A DNA stretch of 64,000 nt, taken from the NCBI RefSeq assembly GCF_009914755.1, contig NC_060926.1. One strand, 5' to 3'. The position numbers and the translations under genes were made by a program. This document shows, one piece after another, positions 53,707 to 64,000 of this stretch. This stretch comes from the human T2T-CHM13v2.0 reference genome, Homo sapiens. The notes beneath the pieces are model-generated. The model saw only the letters and a program-made list of their open reading frames with translations. It was not told the DNA's origin and searched no databases. Numbering within the stretch: the stretch's first letter is position 1; every line of letters begins with the position of its first letter.

Positions 53707-55065
53707 TCTGCACAACAAAAGAAACTGTCAACAGAGTAAACAACCTACAGAATAGGAGAAAATATTTGCAAACCATACATCTAACGAAGGACTAAAATCC
53801 AGAATCTATAAGAAACGTAGGCAAAAAACAAATAATCCCATCAAAAAAATGGGCAAAGGGCATGAACAGACACTTCTCTAAAGAAGACATATAAGTGGCC
53901 AACAAAAGTGAAGCAAAATGTTCATCATCACTAATTATCAGAGAAATGCAACTCAGAACCACAGTGTGATACCATCTCCCACTAGTCAGAGTGACTTTTA
54001 TTAAAAAGCCAAATAATAACAGATGCTGGTAAGGCTGTGGGGAAAAGGGAATGCTTATACACAGTGGTGGGAATGTAAATTAGTTCAGCCACTGTGAACT
54101 AATTTGTAAACTCCAGTTTGGAGTTTTCTCAAAGAACTTAAAACAGAAGTACGGTTAGACCCAGAAATCCAATTACTGTGTATATATCCAAAATAACATA
54201 AATTTTTGTACCAAAAAGGAACATGCACCACTTTGTTCATCGTAGCACTATTTACAATAGCAAAACCATAGGAGCAAGTTAGGCGCCCATGAGTGGATTG
54301 GATAATGAAAATATGGTAAATATATTACCATGGAATACTACACAGCCATAAAAAGTAATAAAATCATGCTCTTTGAAGCAACATGGATGTGCTGGAGACC
54401 CTAATCCTAAACAATTTAGTGTAGGAACACAAAACCAAATACTGCGTGTTCTCACTTATAGTGTATATTAGTCTGTTCTCACACTGCTAATAAAGACATA
54501 CATAAGACTGGGTAATTTATAAAGGAAAGAGGTTTAATTGACTCACAGTTCCACATGGCTGCAGAGGCCTCACAATCATAGCTGAAGGTGAATGAGGAGC
54601 AAAGTCATGTCTTACATGGCGGCAGGCAAGAGAGTGTGTGCAGAGAAACGCTCCTTTATAAAACCATCAGATCTCATGACACTTACTCCCCATCGTGAAA
54701 ACAGCATGGGAAAGATCTGTCCCCATGATTCAGTTACCTTCCACTGGGTCCCTCCCATGACATGTGGGAATTATGGGAGCTAGTCAAGATAAGATTTGGG
54801 TGGGGACACAGCCAAACTATATCACAGTAGAAGCTAAACATTGGGTACTCATGGACATAAACATGGGAACAATAGACATTAGAGACACCTAGAGTAGGGA
54901 GAGAGGGAGGGGGACATGGGTTGAAAAACTACTTATTGAGTACTGTGCTTAGCACCTGGGTGACAGTTTCCATACCCCAAACCTCAGCATCATGCAATAT
55001 ACGCATTTAACAAACCTGCACATGTACCCCTTTATCTAAAATAAAAGTTGAAATTATATTAAAAA
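53707..55065 (+). mobile_element. Sense 3' segment of the same L1PA16-like element, interrupted by a THE1 LTR
   Basis: TTCTGCACAACAAAAGAAACT..ORF2 end..3'UTR ending TCTAAAATAAAAGTTGAAATT. Confidence 0.92.
54464..54824 (-). mobile_element. THE1 (B/C-like) ERVL-MaLR solo LTR
   Basis: TATATTAGTCTGTTCTCACACTGCT..GATTTGGGTGGGGACACAGCCAAACTATATCA; the L1 sequence resumes colinearly afterwards. Confidence 0.95.
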
Positions 55066-56474
55066 TTATTTCATAAAACAAGCAAGTTGTCAATTTGCAA
55101 AGAATATTTCAAGTTTAAGGCCTTTATTCTGTACTAGGATCTTCAAAAGATACTAGACAATTTATTTTTTCTTTTATCAAGTTATTACCTTAACATAGAT
55201 TGTTTTCTTAGTTGTGAAATAATTGTAAATTCCATGTATTTCTTTTGGGGGATAAATGAAATTTCAAATGGATTTCTATTGGAATCAGTTGACATCTGGA
55301 ATTAAAATCTTGCTGAAGTTTCTGTGATTCCATCTAAGATACTAGATTTTCTTTGATTTTTTTTGTTCTTCACTGTTTCTAAAGCAATTATGGTAGAAAC
55401 AAGACTAAATGATAGAAGATAAATGAGACAAATAGGATGTAGTTACCAGAACATTGGATTGTGCAAAATGGAACATTTCAGCTGCTATTTCTATCACTAG
55501 AACATTATGACTTCATGTGGATTTTAGAAAAGTAATAGGTAAACGATTCCCTAGCTCAAGAATCTCTGAGGACAGCTGAAGGCCTGGAGACCAACAATAA
55601 CTAGAGGGATTCAGATGGGTGCTGGGCTTGCTTGCTGAAGCGTGCTTGGCTGTGTCCTGGAACGCTGAGTAGAGTCTGAAGCTGGTCAGAGAAGGTCATA
55701 CCCTATTTGGCTTTTGCTGTTGTAATCTTAGAATCATGTTTTCCCTTATTCTAACAGCTTATCTTCCTTGCCCATTTTATTAGATGCCAAACTCATATAA
55801 TTTTTTTAACCTCTAAATATCTACTTGTATAGGACAAAAATAAACTTTCAGCAGCCATAGTGTATGAAGGAGTATCTGTGATTCTTCCATAGTGTAGATA
55901 AAGAGAACTAGAGAGGATACACCTCGTCATGCCTCAGGTCAAGTCAGCCTCCCCTAAGGCTCTAGCGGCCATCAGATTGTAGTGGTTATTTCCTGTTCCC
56001 TCCTGTCTCTGTCCTCCCTCCCCTTCATCAGGGCAGCCTGCTGTTCCTCGACATCATGGATGTTGATGGTAGCCCCAGCTTTGATTGTCTTTCTACCAGT
56101 CAACCACGCAAAGAAGGAGGGAGAAAACTCTTTTGGAGAATTCCTTGGCCCAATGGACCAGGCATCTCTTTTCCTCAGCTAAGCTTTCCTTCTTGGTATG
56201 TTACAGGGAAAGGGGAAGCAGTTTGCCAGACAGCAAGTCAACCCGGTCTTGGAATGAGGGGAAGGAGGTTTCCCTCGGTCCCAGTAACACTCTAGCAGGG
56301 CCAAGCATTGAAGGAGTCTGCATTCAACTTGCAGAATCTGTTTAGCACTTTCTACACCTCCATCAGGATGTATTTTATTCTCTGGTTTTAGTTTCCTATC
56401 TGGTTTGAAGAGGAGAAAAATAAAAGTCATGAAACATATAGCAAGCACCTGCTCCCTTTGACATAAGTCAGCTT

Positions 56475-56635
56475 GTTCAATTCTCACAACAATCCTATAA
56501 AAGAGCTGCTATTATTCCCATTTAATAACAATAAAACGGTGGCTCAGAGAAGGTAAACATTTTTCTAAGTTCTTATACTTAATAAATCTAAATCCAAATT
56601 TGTTTTTCATTCTTCTTTCCATATCACACTGCTAT
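56475..56635 (-). mobile_element. MIR fragment
   Basis: TTCTCACAACAATCCTAT..TATTATTCCCATTT..GGCTCAGAGAAGGTAA. Confidence 0.75.
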
Positions 56636-57639
56636 ATAGTTACTATGTTATCATCTCACAATCACTGATCAACTCCGACCTTTGTCTTTTTTCCTGATAA
56701 GTCACCTTGTTCTTGGCATTGCTTTCCATATTCGTGGCTAGCAGTGTCCTTCCCAGGGTTAGAGGCAATGATGAGTTCTTTTTCTTGTGATTGCTCAGTA
56801 GAAAAGGCACGAATGGTGCTGCAAACCTAAGACACCTCCAAACGTTATACACTTTTGCTAATAGCAGGAAAAATGACCTCTGGATGCTGCCAAAGTGAGC
56901 ACTGCCTTTACGTATGATAGAAAATACAATTATACATTTTAAAATGATCTCACAGTCTTGCTTTCTAACTTGAATTCACTGTCATTTAACTGATTTATAA
57001 GGATTCTTGGCCACAACTAAAGTATATTTTAAACTTATAAGTATTCTCTAATGAGGAACTTTTAAAAGTCCAGATAAAAGCCCACTATTCAGTAGTTAGA
57101 ATAATTCAGTGAAATTAACCATGTAAATGCTCAATGAAGCAAATGATTAAAGAAGGAATGAATAAAAATAAAGATTAAAGTGGATCAAATTATATTTTGT
57201 CTTTTTTTATACTGCTTATAGATCATAATTAAATAGTGGTGGCTCAAAAGCACAAAACCAACCTCATCACTTACCAGGTGTGAAAATAATGTTGATGTGT
57301 ATGCTTAGTTTTAGCGTGACAAAGCAGATACACTTTTTCACTTTTAAAAAAAATCACTCAATGCATCATTCTTTAATGTTTGCTTTTGTGATGATCACTG
57401 AATATAGAAAGTCTTTTGATTTTAGAATAATTTTAAGTCTTTGCCTGCTGATAACCTCAGACACAGACCTGCAGCCAGAATTGGTTGAGAGTTCTGCTAT
57501 CTTCTCCAATGAGGGATATTTGAGTATATACTAAATAATCATATTTATATACTGGCATTTAAAAAACCAAATATTCTCATAGTTCTCTTCAACCTCCTGA
57601 GCTCCTTAATATAGATAATATAGATGGCCACATTTTTGT

Positions 57640-57820
57640 CATTATACAGTCATGAAAAGAAGCCTATGTAGGTCTTATCCACATTTACAAGACAGGAACT
57701 GAAGATCAAAGAGGTTAAGTGACTTTCTTAAGTTCCTCAGATAAACATTTTGAAACAGCTGAGATGAAATACAGGTGCGCTGACTTCAAAGCACAAGTTC
57801 TTTTCTCTAGAGTGCACTAC
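57640..57820 (-). mobile_element. MIR fragment
   Basis: CATTTACAAGACAGGAACTGAAGATCAAAGAGGTTAAGTGACTT. Confidence 0.75.
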
Positions 57821-59239
57821 CCCCAATGAGTTGACAAAATTAAACAAAAACTAAGCAGAATTATATTTTCTTACACATACTTCATACAAGTAATCATTAA
57901 GCAGCTACTTGGTACTAAAGTTTCTCCCAGGAGGTTGCAGTGCAGATGGGTAAGTAAGCTGCTGTATGTGCCCCCAGGCCATAGGCATGTCAGCAGCTAT
58001 GGATACCACAGTAAAATAAATGACTATCGAGAAAGCAGGAGGAACAGCTCACCAGGGGAGCACAGTGATGAAGTGAAAGCTTCACCTTTCAGGAATTCTA
58101 CACAGCCCATAAAAAAAAAAACTCTATCCCCTCCCTTTCAGAGTGTTTCTTAACAACTGCTTAACACAGAAATCATCAACGTATTGTTGTAGATACTGGG
58201 ATTAATATGTGCAGAACTTCAAACAGAACCCAGATCTCATGACTCCAAGTAGAGGACCTGTTCCAATAACCCATGAAAATAATCACAACATCCTAATCAT
58301 GTTTTCATCCCTGTTTTACTTTATTAGTTGTTAATAGGTCCATTGGTCACTGGGACACCCACATGGGGGTTATATACCTGTTCATACACAAGCTATGAGT
58401 CTTTGAAGACAGAAGCATATGAGGTCCTGATTTTGCTCTAGTATGAACTCAAACAAATTTTTTTTCAGACTAGTCACCCTCATCTTTCAAAACATCAGAT
58501 CATTTCAGAGCTGCTTCTAGGACATGTGAACTTGGGCAGAGAGAATTGCTTTTTCTTCACTGTGTTACTGTAGTGTACCAGTCATATGGCTATTCTAAGA
58601 TCTTTAATCCTCACTTCCTTGTCACCCTCATGAAGGGTCCTTCAAACTTCTTGATGACAGCCAGGGGCAGGGAGGGCACTCCAGGCAGCAAGCTGACACA
58701 ATTTACAAAAGCAGTTATCTTCTCTCCCGTGAAGCAATGCCGCCTGGTAGAACAAATGGTGCAACCCATGCACACTTAGTTTATCCACCTTGATAATCTA
58801 AGTGTCAAGGACAGAGCAAGTACCATTCATAAGACTCTCTGGAGCATGCAGGATACTGACAAGCTTTTTATTTATGACCCAGGGTTTAACCCATGTGAGC
58901 TCATACTTTGTCTTCTGCTAAGCCTTCCATAGCTCCATCTCAAGTCCTCCTTTAAGGTGAGGGTCACTGGACTGCATATCATTCAGTTCCCAGCTAGTTT
59001 TCTCTTCATTTATTTGTGATTTTACTCAGATTATGATATTATTAGTTTAGAAGGGGTTGCTGTAGTCAGGACAATCAGTAATGCACTTCTAAATACTAGG
59101 TAGATCCTCCATTCTTTGTGGTTAAACTCCTTCCAGGTTCTAGTTTGTTTGTTTATTTATTTATTGGAAGATTCATACACTTTGCCTTTCTTTTCACCAC
59201 CTTGGTTTGGTTTACAAGAACCAAAGCTAGTTTCTCTAA

Positions 59240-59635
<396 letters not shown>

Positions 59636-59726
59636 TGATTAATATATTTTATTTCTACTACATCAGACACAGATTCTTTTTGCCCAACATACATAACCAT
59701 GTAGTCCTACCTAATATAGTTTCCTC

Positions 59727-59772
59727 TGTGTGTGTCTGTGTGTGTGTGTGTGTGTGTGTCTGTGTGTGTGTG
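59727..59772. repeat. (TG)n microsatellite with TC interruptions
   Basis: Read directly. Confidence 0.9.
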
Positions 59773-59899
59773 TATTATATATACAACTAGTAGGAAACCC
59801 CACATATCCACATATCTTTCTAGATATCTTATCTCCCTATTACAAAACTCCTCTCTCTTGATTATTACACTTTATAATTTTACTCCCTATGTCATCCAA

Positions 59900-60040
59900 A
59901 GTGGGACTCTCATTGCTGATGGTCTAAGTCAGTGAGACCCTGTTGCCTTGGCCATATCAGAGTCTCTGGATGCAGGGCCCTGGAATCACCATTTTTTAAA
60001 AGCTATGCAGTGATGTTACTGTGAAGCCAGGTTCACATTT
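59900..60040. mobile_element. MER5-like MITE fragment
   Basis: ATCAGAGTCTCTGG..GGGCCCTGGAATC..ATTTTTTAAAAGCT..GTGAT. Confidence 0.6.
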
Positions 60041-61286
60041 TCAGCCTTTAGAAAAGGCCTGTTGACCTAAGTTGGAGAATGCTAGCCTTGTCCCCAAAAT
60101 TGCCTGTCTTCTGTAGTTATTCAGTCAATATTTATTGGCAACAATCATGCAATAAGCAACTCAAATGAAATATCCTGGCTAATGTGGGACCACTCTGGCA
60201 CCTCTGAAGTTAGAGGACGTGCTACTAACATTTATCATTTCAGATCTTTCTGATCGAGTGGGTAAAAAAAGATACTGGACCATTTTAGTTGCTATTTCAC
60301 TGATTTTCTGAGACTAGGCAAACAAATACACAAAGTTTTCTCCCTCCTTCTGCTGTTCAGTCATCACAAAGAAAAATTAAGGCCTTTGTATATACTGAGC
60401 AAACTGTTGGGGTAAAGTTATAAAAATGGCAGACAGATCTTACTTTGCCAAATTAAGACATTTAGCAAGTATTGTAAGTGTGATGAGTGACGGGAATAAG
60501 TGCGGGACACACTTGCTTTGTCTGACAGATGTACTAACCTGATTTTGATCTGCCAGAGTACAGGATTCATTCCTTCCAGGTGCATTATTCCAAAGTGCTT
60601 TTGGCTAAAAGGCCTCTTAAAACCTCAATTTATTGTTCTCTATATAGTATATTTCTATTTGCCATCTCTCCATTATTTTCACAGCTATCTTGTGTCCTAA
60701 GTTGGGCCCTAAGAAAAACAAACTGTCCTAAACCATAGGCCAAGATACCTGAAGAACTGAGGTGGTAGGGCATGGATTTTGGGAAAACTTTTTTATGGAA
60801 ATCTCTGTCTTGGAATTTCTCTCAATTAGCAGTTCTTGTACTGTTTACAGCACGAGAACTGAAAGCATAACCTGCTTCTCTTATGAGGTAAACTGCATAT
60901 TCTGGGTGAATGTTTTCTCTCCACAAAAGCCATTTCACATGTTTCCAGATCAATTTTGAAGTTGTTTTGACACTTTACACACTTTATTTTAACCTTTTGT
61001 TTCTGAGTGTAGTATCCTCACCTGTCTACAGCATGAGGAATTGAAGGCTCTACCCTGTCTGTTTGCCTGGCAGAGCTGGGGTGACTCTGCTGCTTACACA
61101 CCAGCCTTCCCACTAGACTGAAGCTCGCCAAGGCAAGGGCTCTGAATGTGGAAGTGTTTCCCTTTCCAGGGCCCTAAATATTTCTAACTTGTATGGCACC
61201 TGGGAACAAATCAAATTATCTTCTTGACTCCAAATGAACCTCCAGGCCTTCTTAGAAAAGCTGAAAGAGGAATTAAAGGGGGATAA

Positions 61287-61556
61287 TGGCTCATGCCTGT
61301 AATCTCAGCACTTTGGGAGGCAAGGCAGGCGGATCATGAGGTCAGGAGTTTGAGACCAGCCTGACCAACATGGTGAAACCCTGTCTCTACTAAAAATACA
61401 AAAACTAGCTGGGCGTGGTGGCATGCACCTGTAATCCCAGCTACTCAGGAGGCCGAGGCAGGAGAATTGCTTGAACCCAGGAGGCGGAGGTTGCAGTGAG
61501 CTGAGATTGTGTCACTGCACTCCAGCCTGGGTGACAGAGCAAGCCTCAGTCTCAAA

Positions 61557-61591
<35 letters not shown>

Positions 61592-61592
61592 A
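61287..61592 (+). mobile_element. AluS SINE, slightly 5'-truncated, with a (TAAA)n tail
   Basis: TGGCTCATGCCTGTAATC..GTCTC(AAAT)n; AAAGGGGGA repeated on both flanks. Confidence 0.97.
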
Positions 61593-62299
61593 AAGGGGGA
61601 GAGGGGATCAAAAGCACTAGTCTGCATCCATTCAGAGCTATGTGTGCAATGGGGAGTAAAGCCAGCCTAGAACCTGTGCATCATCCCAGGTGTGTTTCCA
61701 GTCCTCCCTTCCCACCATGAGACAAAATGAATGGAGACAAATTTAGATCCTCTAAAATGAGAACAGGAGGCCAAAATGGTGGGAATATATAAACGACAAG
61801 GGCACATATCACTTGCTTTACTTTAGTCCTGAGATGCCCAAGGCCAGACTCCATGGATGAGTCTTGGGGCACTTTTGGTCCCACTCTCTTAGCCGTCTCC
61901 CAGTTCCTGCAATTCAGAGGAACTCCCCAAATTAATTAATCTGATGAACTCTGTTCTCGAGATGACAGTATCTCCATATTATCTGTTCCCAAGTTTCCTT
62001 TCAAAAGGGACAAATGAACAAGGAGGAGACAGCACTAAGTCCTACTCATTTCCAAGTAAAGCATATATATGCTATTTCCCAGCTTGGGGGCAGGCTGGGC
62101 ACCCTTTCAGTATTTTATGTCTGCATCTTTGAATGAGTCTGGTTGTTCTCTCAAGGGAGTTTTACTTTATGGCTGAAAGGAAACCTGAAGCTGATTTCTT
62201 GGCCTTTCTCTTTAACTCATTCCTCTTTCTCCCACCAAGGTGTCTGTAAAGATTCTCTCTGGAATTGCCTCGCTTCCTAAAAGATATTTTAAACACTAG

Positions 62300-62450
62300 G
62301 AGTAGTGAATGCCTACTCATTTTATCAAGGAGGAAACTGAAATTCAAATCAGAGGAGGGCCTTGACTAAAGTCCCATGGACAGTTAGTCACAGTTCACAC
62401 AATGGAAGTCCAAGCCCAGTTCACTTTCTGCTACACTGCCTTGCTTGCCA
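62300..62450 (-). mobile_element. MIR fragment
   Basis: CTCATTTTATCAAGGAGGAAACTGA..CTTGACTAAAGTC. Confidence 0.65.
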
Positions 62451-63309
62451 TAACATCATCTTTCAATTAGCCGTGGTCGTTGCCTCCTATGTATATTCAA
62501 CAGAATCCTGAAGAAAGCAAGCTGAACACGTTTCCAAATTAGCGAGAGCAGCTCTGAATAAGAAGAAAATTCATGGTAAGTTTATGGGATGGCTCCAGGT
62601 GTCCATCTTTCTATCTTCCCTTGTTATCACTTTCCCTGTTTTGGGTGTAGGGGGAGAAAGAATTTCCCATTGGCTGTCTCCTGGGGTGAGCAAAAACTGA
62701 ATGTGTTTAATCTAGGTTTTCCTCAGATTCCACGACTTGTAATAAGCACATCTTTATACTCTTACCTCTCCAGCTGTTCTCTGTGCAAAGCTGAACTAAC
62801 TAAAACTGCTGAAAATACCAGAGCTATTTAGGGAATTTCCCTAACTGCTTCAACATTCTTAAAGTGACTAATTTAATTGGATTTATAGGGCACTACATAA
62901 TAATGATATCCTTTGGCTATGTTCTTAGTGGGTTCTACACCTGTAATGAAATCCATAATGAAAAGGAAAACAGAAGTACATTTGGGATGCAAAACCACTT
63001 AATTTCCTGGACAGCCATTAAAAATGTGGCATCCAGTGCAATACCTTAACTTTGATTTTACCTTCAGACACCTATGATGATGATTCTGGTTGTTGGTTGT
63101 GGGACATTAGAATAATTGTGTCAGAAGAATTCCCATCGCATCCTAGATTCACACAGCATTTCTCTTACTGGAAACCCAATTCATTAGTCATCTGAGTTGG
63201 AAAACTGGGACTCTAACACTGGATGTTGATTTTATTTATTTAATCTTTTGTGTTCTGGTCTTATTTCTGTTGTATTTGGGGGGTCCTGTCTGCTATCTCC
63301 TGTTCCTGG

Positions 63310-63762
63310 TGTTGAGGTGTAGTGTTCTATGGCATTTCTGCATGTCCTTGGACTATTTTCCAAGGAATATTTGTTTAACAAACATCCTTCAAAGATAGAG
63401 GCAGTATAACCATGAAATGTCTCCCTCCAGGGCAAGGTTAGACAGGTTTGCTTGAAGCTCCCTTCATAGATTGTTTTCTAGCTTTGGGATTTCTTGGTTT
63501 TGGCAAAATATCTATCCTGTGAGTTGTATCACCCTGAGTCCACTTCTACGTGACTCCCACTCTCGTCCTCCCCATGACACTTGAGTGACAAGGGCAACTG
63601 ATCAAAACAGAAAGCTCATGCTGCCTCCTGTGTTCTCCTTAATAAAGTTCATTGTCTCTGATCCAGGAGTCTCATGTCTTCTGAGATCATCTATGAAACT
63701 AGCAGGTTAACTTGTTGGCTAGCAAGTAGGGTTAAATCTCAGACCCTTCACAGTTCTTGACA
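63310..63762 (+). mobile_element. LTR40-family ERVL solo LTR
   Basis: AATAAAGTTCATTGTCTCTGATCCAGGAGTCTCATGTCTTCTG and terminal GCAAGTAGGGTTAAATCTCAGACCCTTCACAGTTCTTGACA. Confidence 0.8.
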
Positions 63763-64000
63763 CCCAATTTCTTCTTTTTTGGAGCCTTAGCCTTAGATCT
63801 AGATGATTAAGTCCTGCTACATGATCTTCATCCCAGTATTTCTCCCTTGCTTAAGTGGCTCAGCCCATATTTCCAGTACCAGTTCCCACTAAATTACCCA
63901 CTAAATGTGGTTCCCTCCCTGTGGTCACAAGGAAATAGAGAATTTTTGTAGTTCTCTAGAATGGGCAGGACAGACATATTTGAATGTATTTGCCCATTCT

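Overview
AT-rich, CpG-depleted simian primate (probably human or ape) non-coding DNA, either intergenic or deep intronic. It contains no recognisable protein-coding exon, RNA gene or CpG island. Much of the window is interspersed repeat: 8 Alus, several L1 fragments including one 5'-inverted L1, many MIR and L2 relics, LTRs (MLT1, MST, MLT2A, THE1, MER21/77-like, LTR40, LTR33-like, LTR78-like) and DNA transposons (MER63, Tigger2a, Charlie1a, MER5). The ORF track consists of repeat-derived or chance ORFs. I found no evidence of a new multi-gene biological system. The most notable local structures are a nested palindrome inside an MLT2A LTR, a near-perfect 67-bp hairpin inside an old L1, a twin-primed L1 carrying a THE1 LTR, microsatellites that appear to have arisen inside Alu target-site duplications (TSDs), and a few enhancer-like motif clusters. 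Repeat families were assigned from remembered consensus sequences, not a database search. Boundaries of old repeats are approximate.
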